A stretch of DNA of 64,000 nucleotides from Candidatus Sigynarchaeum calidifontis (GTDB lineage Archaea > Asgardarchaeota > Lokiarchaeia > Sigyniarchaeales > Sigyniarchaeaceae), in assembly GCA_030587475.2 (NCBI GenBank), contig JAUQYZ020000231.1, forward strand, positions 2,948 to 66,947, written 5' to 3'. Below the pieces are notes generated by a model, which was not told the origin of the DNA, made no database searches, and saw only the letters and a program-made list of their open reading frames with translations. The translations under genes and the position numbers were made by a program. Positions 54,171 through 63,224 of the stretch are shown piece after piece (positions within the stretch are counted from its first letter, which is position 1; every line of letters begins with the position of its first letter).

Positions 54171-55235
54171 TCACTTCATTACCTTCATAAGCCATGCCCG
54201 GAAGTTTGCCATCGCCCGTTCGAGCATCGTGTTGTCCCCAAGCATGAGGGCACCCATAATTTTTGTTTTATTAATCTTGACCTCGTCTCCCTTGTATGTA
54301 ATGATACCGTCTTTATCCGGATGGGACAAATATTCGTAAAAGTCCTCTATAAAATCGACGACGCCGAGCTTGTCTGCAAAATCATAGGCAAGCATTTTTT
54401 GTTCTGTCGTGATAATGGTCTTGAACCGTTCCATGATGCCCTCGAACTCTAGTGCCTTTTTCTGCTCCGGAGAGATCTCCTGGTCGACCTTCCCGATATC
54501 GAAGCCGAGATCGATTTTCGCTGCTTGTTGATTTGCTGACACGGTAGCAGGGGGGGGAGACGAGGGTAACCCGGAGGGAGGTGAGGGATAGGCTTGCTGC
54601 GATTGCGGCGTAGCCGTGGCGATTGGGCTAGCGAGCGTCAATCCAGGTGCCGCCGGTTGAGTCGACGACGGGATTGGACGAACCACGGTCTTGACTGATT
54701 TTTGCACTGTCGGGGTAAAGGTGGGAAACGCCGACGGTGGCGTGATGCCTGCCGGTGGCCCGACCGGCTTGCGCGCTGCGACCGGGCTCGTGAGTGCTAG
54801 CGGCGGCATACTCTGTTGCGCGGGAGCAACTGGCTGGATAGCCGGTTGTATGGCTTGCTGGGGAACTGGCTTCTGTACCGGATATTGCGTGGGCACCGGT
54901 TGTCCCATGAGGTTCGCCATGAACCGCTGCTCGAGGGGGTGCATCGCGGGCGTCACGGGCTGGGCCGCGACTGGTGCCACCATCACGGGTTTTACCACCG
55001 GCTGCATCGTAACGGGATACGGGGTTTGAACCGTGGCCGGCGGGCCAGGAGGTGGCGGGAGAGGCAGGCCACCGGGACGCAATTTCTTGCCACACGTCGC
55101 GCAGTACGACCCGCTAACGCTCACGGGCTGATAGCACGTGCAGAAATCCGTCGAATCAGGTGGCGGAGGCGGGGGTGTTTTCCAAGCCATTTTGGTCAAT
55201 TCCCACGTGATTTGGGCTGTCCTCGTGGAATGCAC
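54171..55235 (-). CDS. Zinc-ribbon, polyproline and Pro/Gln-rich protein with a C-terminal globular domain
   Basis: KTPPPPPPDS, FCTC-x11-CATCGKKL, PLPPPPGPP, then about 180 aa of P/Q/V/A-rich low complexity and a roughly 110-aa structured C-terminus (EFEGIMERFKTII...DFIEDFYEYLSHPDKDGIITYKGDEVKI). Start is GTG 55235 or ATG 55190. Confidence 0.65.
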   Translation of the reverse strand: MHSTRTAQITWELTKMAWKTPPPPPPDSTDFCTCYQPVSVSGSYCATCGKKLRPGGLPLPPPPGPPATVQTPYPVTMQPVVKPVMVAPVAAQPVTPAMHPLEQRFMANLMGQPVPTQYPVQKPVPQQAIQPAIQPVAPAQQSMPPLALTSPVAARKPVGPPAGITPPSAFPTFTPTVQKSVKTVVRPIPSSTQPAAPGLTLASPIATATPQSQQAYPSPPSGLPSSPPPATVSANQQAAKIDLGFDIGKVDQEISPEQKKALEFEGIMERFKTIITTEQKMLAYDFADKLGVVDFIEDFYEYLSHPDKDGIITYKGDEVKINKTKIMGALMLGDNTMLERAMANFRAWLMKVMK

Positions 55236-55285
55236 GGGATCCCGACGGTACCCAATATGCTTGAGTAATCTTCTCCTTGAAAAAT

Positions 55286-56392
55286 TTAAAGTTCAGTTCT
55301 AGCCATGGGATACGAGCCCAGGATCTTCAAAAATATGGTGTGGCTTCGGAGCTCCTCCATCGCGGCCTTGACTCGCTCGTCGTCGACATGGCCCTCGAAA
55401 TCTGTAAAAAAGTTATATTGCCATATTTCGGGAAGGTGCCTGGCGGGGCGTGATTCGATCTTGGTTAGATTTATTGCATGGCGAGAAAATACCTCGAGCG
55501 CGTGGAATAACGACCCTGGTTCGTGCTTGAGAGTGAAGATGATCGATGTTCGGTCCCGGCCAGTGGGCCGCATGGCGATCTTGCCAATTATGATGAAGCG
55601 CGTCTGGTTATTGGGGTTATCCTCGATGGCGTGGCCGATTATCTCCATGCCGTTGTGCCTCGCGGCGAGCTCGCTACCGATGGCCGCGCACGACTTGCCC
55701 GCTTCCTTGGCTTGCCGGACGGCTGAAGCCGTGCTGAACGTTTCCTTCACTTTTGCATCGGGAAAGTGTTCCTGGAGGTATTTGCGGGTCTGCGCGATGG
55801 CTTGCGGGTGCGAGAAGATAACCGTGATGTCCTTTTCCTTGGCGCCGGGGTTCACGATGAGGTTCTGGTGCACTTTGATCTCGATCTCGCCGCAGATCTT
55901 GATGCTAGGCGAGTCGAGCAGCAAGTCGATGGTTTCCCGTTCCGTGCCTTGCGTTGAATTTTCCACGGGCGTGACTCCGTAGTCGATGGTACCCGCTTCG
56001 AGTGCCCGGAATAGCTGCCAATTGCTATCATAGGGAACGAACGCATTTCCTGCGTTCGAGAAGAACTCACGGGCAGCCATCTCGCAAAACGTCCCCTCGG
56101 GGCCGAGATAGCCTACTCGTTCCTCCAGGTTCTCGAGATGACGGCACGCGCCCATTATCTCCTTGAAAATCTTTTCGATGTCGGCAGGGTCAAGGAGGTG
56201 TTGTGGTTGCGATGACACGCGATGTAAGATGTCCATCTCCCGCGACCAGTCGCGGACGGGCAACCCCTTCGATTTCTTGTACTCGCCGATCTCCTTGGCG
56301 ATCGCGGCTCGCTTCTCCAATAATTTCATGAGATCGTCGTCGATCGCGCTGATTTTTTTCCGCAGCGCGGGCAGCTTGTCGTCATCGCTCAT
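55286..56392 (-). CDS. pheA: Bifunctional chorismate mutase / prephenate dehydratase
   Basis: CM helix LRKKISAIDDDLMKLLEKRAAIAKEIGEYK, PDT VGYLGPEGTFCEMAA, and ACT TSIIFTLKHEPGSLFHALEVFSRHAINLTKIESRP. Confidence 0.9.
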   Translation of the reverse strand: MSDDDKLPALRKKISAIDDDLMKLLEKRAAIAKEIGEYKKSKGLPVRDWSREMDILHRVSSQPQHLLDPADIEKIFKEIMGACRHLENLEERVGYLGPEGTFCEMAAREFFSNAGNAFVPYDSNWQLFRALEAGTIDYGVTPVENSTQGTERETIDLLLDSPSIKICGEIEIKVHQNLIVNPGAKEKDITVIFSHPQAIAQTRKYLQEHFPDAKVKETFSTASAVRQAKEAGKSCAAIGSELAARHNGMEIIGHAIEDNPNNQTRFIIIGKIAMRPTGRDRTSIIFTLKHEPGSLFHALEVFSRHAINLTKIESRPARHLPEIWQYNFFTDFEGHVDDERVKAAMEELRSHTIFLKILGSYPMARTEL

Positions 56393-56518
56393 GCGAACGG
56401 CACCACGCGATTCGGCGGGGCGGGTTATTTTTCAATAGCGAGCCTTTCAAGATAAGCATTCCGATAGGTGTAAAAGGAAATTAATGCATAACTATTCTGG
56501 ACGGTTTTCATCTAACAA

Positions 56519-57751
56519 GTGAGTTTTATGAGTGAAGAAACGACTTATCCTGCGGGCAGTGCGGAATTAAGGGATGCCAAGACCGGCACCTTCCGTATCG
56601 AAAAGCAGCGCTATAACTGGATAGACCAAGCACGTGGCTTTGTAATGTTCATGCTCGTGATATCCGGGCTAATGCCTACGTTGTGGCGCAAAGCAAATGA
56701 CATAACATGGTTTTTTCTCGAACATCCGAACGATTCGACCCACGCGACGTACATGAACGTGTATGATATTGGTGTACCAGCGTTCTTTTTCATCATCGGA
56801 CTGCTGATGGCCGTCTCGTTTCACAAGCGCCTCGAAAAAAAGGGGCCAGGACCCGCCGTTTTGAACGCGTTGCTTCGATGGGGCACGGTCGCGGGCGTGG
56901 GCGTGCTCTTCATCATTATCCCAGGACTCCTAAATGGGGATGCCCCAGATACATGGTTCGGCGAAGTCAAGGAGATCGCCCCGGGGCTATACATGTATGT
57001 CGTGTACTGGGATGTCGTGATCTCGCTCGGTGTCGTCGGGCTCGTGTCGATCCCGTTTCTTTTTCTCAAGCGAACCCCCCGCCTCGTCATCTCGTACGCC
57101 ATGATGACGTTCCACCAGATAATGATCTTTATTCCGGAAACGCACTGGCGCGACTATGCTATCGCCAGCGTCCACGGCGGCATCATGGGTGGGTTCCTTG
57201 TCCTGGTACCTATTGTCCTCATCGCGTCTGTCATTGGCGAGTTTTTCATCCTAGACCAGGAAACGCCATCGCAAGTAAAAGTCAAGAACTTCTTGCTCCT
57301 GGGCGTGATCAACCTAGCCATCGGCATCGCATTGTGGTTGATCCCTGGCGGGTTCCCCAACAAGCGGCAATCGACAATGTCTTGGGCAACGATAAGCCTC
57401 GCGGTATGCATCTTCGTGAGTTATCTGCTCATCAAGATCGACTACAAGGACGAGGACTACCCTTCCTTGCACCCGGTTAACAAGGGCCGCATCGTGCTCT
57501 TCAAGGCATATGGCATGAATCCGTTTTTGATATACGCCATGACCGAGATCCCGGCAGTCATTATCGATGCGCTGGCCGGCAGCGATTTCGTGATCGAGCT
57601 ACTCCGGTGGCTCATCATGGTTCCTGTAATAACCTTGATCGCGCTGCTTCTATACAAGAAAGGAAAGGCAATATCGACCACGAAGGTGGCGCTCGGGGTC
57701 ATTGCGACCGTCGCATTACTTTCGGTTATCCTTTTACCGATTCTAGCATGA
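56519..57751 (+). CDS. DUF1624/DUF5009-type membrane acyltransferase (heparan-alpha-glucosaminide N-acetyltransferase-like)
   Basis: RYNWIDQARGFVMFMLVI plus about 10 TM helices. Start is GTG 56519 or ATG 56528. Confidence 0.65.
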   Translation: MSFMSEETTYPAGSAELRDAKTGTFRIEKQRYNWIDQARGFVMFMLVISGLMPTLWRKANDITWFFLEHPNDSTHATYMNVYDIGVPAFFFIIGLLMAVSFHKRLEKKGPGPAVLNALLRWGTVAGVGVLFIIIPGLLNGDAPDTWFGEVKEIAPGLYMYVVYWDVVISLGVVGLVSIPFLFLKRTPRLVISYAMMTFHQIMIFIPETHWRDYAIASVHGGIMGGFLVLVPIVLIASVIGEFFILDQETPSQVKVKNFLLLGVINLAIGIALWLIPGGFPNKRQSTMSWATISLAVCIFVSYLLIKIDYKDEDYPSLHPVNKGRIVLFKAYGMNPFLIYAMTEIPAVIIDALAGSDFVIELLRWLIMVPVITLIALLLYKKGKAISTTKVALGVIATVALLSVILLPILA

Positions 57752-57816
57752 TTTAGACGGTCATCTTATTAATCTTCTTTTTTAACGAGTTAAGACTCGA
57801 ATATGTGAAAGATATT

Positions 57817-58773
57817 TCAAGTCTTGGTTTGAGAAGCCATTAATTTGTCGACTTCAGCCCGGCTATGCGACGCCATCGGCCCGAAACTTGTCACTTTTAA
57901 TGCCCCGACGGCGTTGGCGAACCGGGCCGCGTCCCTAAGCGATGCTCCGGCCAGGTACTCGACGACGAACGCGCCGCCGAAACTATCCCCGGCACCAGTC
58001 GGGTCGACTTCCTTGACCTTGAAGCCGGGTACCTTGATGGCCGCCTTCTTCGTGTAGACCGTGCAGCCCTCCTTGGCCTCCTTGAGCACGACAACCTCGG
58101 GCCCCGCCTTGAGCAGGCTTTCGCACGCGGATTTCGCGTCCTTGTCGCCCGTGAGTAGCATTGCTTCTTCACCGCTCGGGAGCAGGATCTTGGTCTTTTT
58201 GATGACGGGTTGGACCATCTCGCGGATCTGGTCGAGCGGCATCATCTCGGCGCGCAAGTTCGGGTCGAAGCTCACGATGCCGCCGTTTTCGATAGTAAGG
58301 TCGATGGCCTTGAGAACAGCGGCTTTTGACGTCGGGGAGATAGACATTGCCGAGCCCATGACGTGGAAGGCCTTGATGCCCTTGAAATAAGCATCCTTGA
58401 CGTGCGCGTCGGTGAGTTGCCCGGCTGCGCCCGCTGCAAAGATGAATTTCCGGGATCCGTCCTTGTTGTATTGGACGAAGGCAATACCGGTCGTGGAACC
58501 CGCGATCGTTGCAACCGCCGAACAGTCAACGCCATCCATTTTCATTTTATCAATGATTACCTTGCCGAAATCATCGTTGCCAATCGTGCCGATGAAGCCG
58601 GTCGTGAGTTTTCGTGCCTTAGCCATGCGGGCCGCCGAATCGATGAAAATACACGGGGCACCACTGGGATAAGGGCCTTTGTACACGCCACCGACTTGCA
58701 CGTGGGGCACGCCGACCTCGGCGCGCATGATTTCGACGAGCATCTCACCAGCGCAGATTATGTCTGGAGACAA
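57817..58773 (-). CDS. PfkB-family sugar kinase (ribokinase/KDG kinase-like)
   Basis: DPTGAGDSFGGAFV, an N-terminal GEMLVE..GG pattern, and FDPNLR. Confidence 0.85.
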   Translation of the reverse strand: MSPDIICAGEMLVEIMRAEVGVPHVQVGGVYKGPYPSGAPCIFIDSAARMAKARKLTTGFIGTIGNDDFGKVIIDKMKMDGVDCSAVATIAGSTTGIAFVQYNKDGSRKFIFAAGAAGQLTDAHVKDAYFKGIKAFHVMGSAMSISPTSKAAVLKAIDLTIENGGIVSFDPNLRAEMMPLDQIREMVQPVIKKTKILLPSGEEAMLLTGDKDAKSACESLLKAGPEVVVLKEAKEGCTVYTKKAAIKVPGFKVKEVDPTGAGDSFGGAFVVEYLAGASLRDAARFANAVGALKVTSFGPMASHSRAEVDKLMASQTKT

Positions 58774-58821
58774 GTGTTGGTTCCTCCTGCATTCTTGAGA
58801 AAAATAAGGTGGAACGATGGA

Positions 58822-59937
58822 TCACTCCTTGCCGGAGACCTTTACGAGGATCTTGATGTTGTCCTTCGCTTGCTTGTCCAACATCTCGAAGCCCTTCGCA
58901 CCATCGTCTAGATCCACGATGTTCGTGATCATCGCGTCGACGTTGACCTTGTTCTTGTAGATGGCATCGACCGTGTCGGTCACATCACGCCACGTGTACA
59001 TGAGGGATCCCATGATGTTGAACTCACGGTCTTGCACCCACGCGGCGTTGAAATGGTTGACCTCATCACCGAATACCCCGAGCACCATGATCGTGCCACC
59101 CTTGCGCGTGATCTTGACACATTCATTCATCGAGCCCTCGACCCCGACGCATTCAAACGCGATGTCGACGCCTTCCTCCCCCATGATCTGCGGGTTCTTC
59201 GCGAGGTAATCGGCGACGCTCTTTTCCTTGGAAAGGTCAACGACGTGCGTGGCGCCGAGCTTTTTCGCGATTTCAAGGCGGTTTGGAAGGAAATCAGCGA
59301 CCATCAAGACGTTGGCGCCCGCAAGCCTTGCAAACTGGAGGCAACTCAAGCCGATGGTACCCGCGCCGAGTATGACGACGTGGTCGCCCACCTTGATGCC
59401 GGACCGGCGCACCGCGTGCAAGCCCACGGCCAGAGGTTCGGTCAAGGCGGCTTTCTTGAGGCTCAAGTCCTTCGGGATCTTGACGACCTTGTTCGCCGGA
59501 GCCACGAACTTGTCGGCCATCATACCCTTGGTACGCTCGGTCATCTGGCAACCCATCACCTTCAAATTCAAGCAGATGTTGTAGAGCCCCTTGCGGCAGT
59601 TGTAACACGTGCCGCAGTTGAGGTTTGGCTCGAAGGTCACCCGATCGCCGACCTTTAATCCCCATTTCTCGGCACCCTTGCCGAGCTTGGAGATGATGCC
59701 AGAACCCTCGTGTCCTGGATATGCTGGGGTCGGGACGAAGGGGTGTTTTCCCTTGTACGCGTGGACATCGCTGCCACAAATCCCGCAATACGCGATTTCG
59801 ACTTGTACCTCGTTTTCCGCTGGCTCGATAACGGGAACTTTCCCGATCACGACCTTGTAAGGCTCTGGAACTTGTAACTGGCGCATGGTACTGCTGTCGG
59901 TTGCACCGGCTGGTGCGTCAACGGTTTTCTTGCCCAT
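58822..59937 (-). CDS. Zn-dependent medium-chain dehydrogenase (sorbitol/L-threonine dehydrogenase-like)
   Basis: CGICGSDVHAYKG, GHEGSGIISKLG, CGTCYNCRKG, VVILGAGTIGL. Start set at ATG 59937 (GGTGAT 3 nt upstream). The ORF extends to 60024. Confidence 0.85.
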   Translation of the reverse strand: MGKKTVDAPAGATDSSTMRQLQVPEPYKVVIGKVPVIEPAENEVQVEIAYCGICGSDVHAYKGKHPFVPTPAYPGHEGSGIISKLGKGAEKWGLKVGDRVTFEPNLNCGTCYNCRKGLYNICLNLKVMGCQMTERTKGMMADKFVAPANKVVKIPKDLSLKKAALTEPLAVGLHAVRRSGIKVGDHVVILGAGTIGLSCLQFARLAGANVLMVADFLPNRLEIAKKLGATHVVDLSKEKSVADYLAKNPQIMGEEGVDIAFECVGVEGSMNECVKITRKGGTIMVLGVFGDEVNHFNAAWVQDREFNIMGSLMYTWRDVTDTVDAIYKNKVNVDAMITNIVDLDDGAKGFEMLDKQAKDNIKILVKVSGKE

Positions 59938-60085
59938 GATATCACCACATGTCATGTAATTCGATCGTACCTTTGAACCCGAGTGATACCGTGCTTTCGA
60001 TGGTTTTTCATATCTGGCATCCACAAATCATAAGAAGTTTCCCTGGCTCTATGGCTCACGGCGATGAAAGGAGTGTTGATGGAAC

Positions 60086-60886
60086 GTGCTTGACATACGA
60101 AACTTATCGGTCTCCGTCGGTGAAGGCAAGGAACGAAAGCAGATCTTGAAGGATTTGTCGCTTCACGTCGAGGATGGAGAAGTTCACGTTATATTTGGCC
60201 CGAATGGGAGTGGAAAGACGACCCTCGTACAATCTTTACTCGGTTATCCGGGTTACACGATTGATTCCGGCAAGATCGAGATCAACGGCGAGGATGTCAC
60301 CAGGTTACCGATTAACGAGCGCGTTGCACGCGGGTTGGGTGTCGTGTTCCAATATCCCCCGGCTATACGCGGTATCAAGTTGAACGACATGGCGAATCTC
60401 GTTTTGAAAAAAAAGAACGTCAGTGATGTCCTTCCGGAAACCGCAGATTATGCAAGGCGGTTGAACATGCAGAATTTTCTCCAACGTGACGTGAACCTCG
60501 GATTTTCAGGCGGGGAGAAGAAGCGCGCCGAGGTGCTACAGATCTTGCTCCAGAATCCTAGCTTGCTTCTCCTTGATGAGCCGGACAGTGGTGTTGACGT
60601 GGAAAACGTCGAGATCATCGGGCGCTTGTTGAACAAGTTCTTGCAGCGCGACCTCAAGCCCCAGGCACGCAAGAAAGCTGCGGTCATCATCACGCATCTC
60701 GGTTACTTGCTCAACTTTATTAAAACAGACCGGGCGCACGTGCTCTGCGACGGGCAATTCTTGTGCTCTGGTGATCCGAAAGAAATCTACGAGAATATCT
60801 TGAAAAACGGGTTCGACAAGTGCCAGAACTCGTGTTTATTCTCCGCCCGAGAGGAGGCAGGTTGTGCCATTCCAGCAAAGGAATAA
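60086..60886 (+). CDS. sufC: Fe-S cluster assembly ATPase SufC
   Basis: MLDIRNLSV, GPNGSGKTTL, FSGGEKKRAEVLQILLQNPSLLLLDEPDSGVD. GTG start. Confidence 0.9.
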   Translation: MLDIRNLSVSVGEGKERKQILKDLSLHVEDGEVHVIFGPNGSGKTTLVQSLLGYPGYTIDSGKIEINGEDVTRLPINERVARGLGVVFQYPPAIRGIKLNDMANLVLKKKNVSDVLPETADYARRLNMQNFLQRDVNLGFSGGEKKRAEVLQILLQNPSLLLLDEPDSGVDVENVEIIGRLLNKFLQRDLKPQARKKAAVIITHLGYLLNFIKTDRAHVLCDGQFLCSGDPKEIYENILKNGFDKCQNSCLFSAREEAGCAIPAKE

Positions 60887-60902
60887 CCAGAGGGAAACGT
60901 TT

Positions 60903-62081
60903 ATGTCGATGCAAGACCTTGATCCGAACGAATTTAAAACCCAGGACCCAGATGCTCATGAGAAAGTTACAACTATCAAGGATCTCAGCGCTGAGATGAA
61001 GGAAAAACTCGCACGTATCGGTTTTACGATGGCGGAAGAATCCGGCGCCGGAGCGTACTTGCAACGCGACCAGACGGCGAGCTTGTGCAACACGCGTTCC
61101 AAGGGTGTCGAAGTCCTCCCTATAAAACAAGCGATGCAAAAATACGACTGGCTCAAGGACTACAGCTGGAAAGCCCTAAATCCAGGCACGGATAAGTTCA
61201 CGAAAGATGCCGCCAGCGCGCCTCCCGAGGTCATCCAGGGATATTTCATACGTGGACTGCAAGGCAAGATCGAGAGGGCCGCCGTCCAGACATGCTTGTA
61301 TGTCGAGTCAAAAAGCACCAAACAAGTCGTGCATAACATCGTCATCGCCGAGGAAGGCAGCGAGATCAACATCGTCACCGGCTGCCTATCCCACGGGGGC
61401 GTTGGCCGGGCTTTGCATGAGGGCATAACGGAATTCTATCTCAAGAAAAACGCAAAGATTACGTTCACCATGGTGCATGAATGGGGGAAGGAAATGGAAG
61501 TTCGCCCCCGCACCGCGATAATTCTTGACGAGGGCGCGTCATTCATCAACAATTATATTGCTTTGACACCGGTGAACTCGATCCAGGCAAACCCCATCGC
61601 CTACTTGAACGGCGACAACAGCCGCGTCATGTTCCAGACGATCCTCTATGGACGCGGGAATTCGAGGATGGATCTCGGCTCGCGCGCCATTTTGAAAGGC
61701 CAGAACTCTTCCGCCGAGATGATCAGCCGCATCATCACGACCGACAAGGCGGATATCGTTGCACGCGGTCTCATCGTGGGTGAAGGCTCAGGCACCAAGG
61801 GTCATCTCGAATGTCGCGGCTTGCTCTTGTCGAACACGTCACGCATCGACTCGATACCCGAGCTCGACGCGAAAAACCCCGACGTGAACATCACGCACGA
61901 GGCAGCCGTCGGCAAGATATCCCAGGACGAGATCAACTACCTCATGGCACGCGGCGCGACCGAAGAAGAGGCGACATCCATGATCATCAACGGTTTTTTG
62001 TCTTTCGATCTATCCCAACTGCCACCAGAAATCGCGAAGGATACAAAGAAGTTAGTCGACCAGACCATGAAGGGTTTGTAG
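60903..62081 (+). CDS. sufB: Fe-S cluster assembly scaffold SufB/SufD family
   Basis: GHLECRGLLLS and IPELDAKNPDVNITHEAAVGKISQDEINYLMARGATEEEATSMIINGF. ATG is 16 nt after the sufC stop, with AGAGGGA upstream. Confidence 0.85.
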   Translation: MSMQDLDPNEFKTQDPDAHEKVTTIKDLSAEMKEKLARIGFTMAEESGAGAYLQRDQTASLCNTRSKGVEVLPIKQAMQKYDWLKDYSWKALNPGTDKFTKDAASAPPEVIQGYFIRGLQGKIERAAVQTCLYVESKSTKQVVHNIVIAEEGSEINIVTGCLSHGGVGRALHEGITEFYLKKNAKITFTMVHEWGKEMEVRPRTAIILDEGASFINNYIALTPVNSIQANPIAYLNGDNSRVMFQTILYGRGNSRMDLGSRAILKGQNSSAEMISRIITTDKADIVARGLIVGEGSGTKGHLECRGLLLSNTSRIDSIPELDAKNPDVNITHEAAVGKISQDEINYLMARGATEEEATSMIINGFLSFDLSQLPPEIAKDTKKLVDQTMKGL

Positions 62082-62292
62082 ATATTTCATTTTTCCCTCG
62101 AATTTTTCAAGAATGGATTCGCGAAACCGCTTGATAACCTCGATCTTCGCAAGATCATTCGTTATGTGCTCGTTACGGCCATTGGAAAAAAAACCATCAC
62201 GTGTATTTTTAGGTGGAAGAAATGGAAGATACAACACGTGCCAACGTTTTCAGCTGTGCTTTTCTGCCACTGCTTTCATGATCTAAGACATT

Positions 62293-62634
62293 TCAACCCT
62301 CAAGCATGGCAAGTATCGTCGTCCCGACGATCTCCACGATGATGCCGAGACCCATGAGCTCCGCAAGGCCCGCACCACTCAAGAAGATCTCGATCACGAC
62401 GAAAACGATAAGGATCCACGAAGTAAGCTGGATCTGGATTTTCCGGACGTGCAAGAGGCCGACCATGATGAATATCAATACCGTGATCCCGATAACGACG
62501 ACGGGGCCAATGTAATTTTGTACGTCGGCGTGATGGGCTTCGGCGAGGTCAATGATCCTCATCGTAGCACCGATCGCCGCAAGCACTGAGCCAATGATGA
62601 GCACGACCTTGACGCTATCTTGTGTTGCTCGCAT
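62293..62634 (-). CDS. Small membrane protein (three predicted TM helices)
   Basis: 113-aa ORF with three clear hydrophobic helices. No motif recognised. Confidence 0.5.
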   Translation of the reverse strand: MRATQDSVKVVLIIGSVLAAIGATMRIIDLAEAHHADVQNYIGPVVVIGITVLIFIMVGLLHVRKIQIQLTSWILIVFVVIEIFLSGAGLAELMGLGIIVEIVGTTILAMLEG

Positions 62635-62831
62635 GTGAACCGTATGGGAGAACTACATAATAAAAACTATGCAACATGAAGCGATGGTTATATGAATCGC
62701 GATGGCCATCATCGAGCTGCGCGTTCACCAGGAAGCACCCGCGGTTGGATCCATTCACGGATCTACTCAAGCAATGCGTCATTGGGGGAATTGAGGAACC
62801 GAAAGTCCCGACCAACACTCGATATGCCTCT

Positions 62832-63098
62832 TTAATCGCCCTTAACGTTCCTGCGCGAATAAGATTCTGGGCGTGCAACGAACACGGGGCACTGGGGGGC
62901 GCATTTGCTCATGTCGCCTACCGTGCAAGGAATCTTGGTGCTGGAGGGGAACCGCGGGCAGCCCCAGCATGGCAAGTTGGCGGATGCGAGCTTCTGGATG
63001 GCTTTCTGGAAGCGAACCTCTTCATAGGGATTTCGCTTGGTGATGCTGCTCATGAAGATAAGATCCTTCCACGATGCCTTGAAAGATGCGGCGGCCAT
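62832..63098 (-). CDS. Hypothetical Cys-rich small protein
   Basis: 88 aa with CWGC-x12-C-x9-C-x3-C. Its composition is more protein-like than the overlapping plus-strand ORF 62676-63146. Weak. Confidence 0.35.
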   Translation of the reverse strand: MAAASFKASWKDLIFMSSITKRNPYEEVRFQKAIQKLASANLPCWGCPRFPSSTKIPCTVGDMSKCAPQCPVFVARPESYSRRNVKGD

Positions 63099-63224
63099 TG
63101 GTTAGCACGCTCCAATATATTTCCAATACGATCGGGAAATTACTAAGAGACGTTTCGCTATGTTAGTATGTTTGGATCATCAAAAATAGATCGAGAACGA
63201 ATGCCTTGAAGGCTCGACCGCTAC

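Noticed and set aside
54628-55268. ORFs 54628-55095 (-), 54691-55029 (+) and 54816-55268 (+), 112-155 aa.
   Set aside because: They are alternative frames of the Pro/Gln-rich repeat region of 54171-55235. Only that frame links a zinc ribbon to a well-formed C-terminal domain, and the others are Arg/Gly-rich nonsense.
62052-62237. 61-aa minus-strand ORF overlapping the sufB 3' end.
   Set aside because: It overlaps sufB by 30 nt and has no start signals or motif. The region contains plus-strand T5 runs that look like the sufB terminator.
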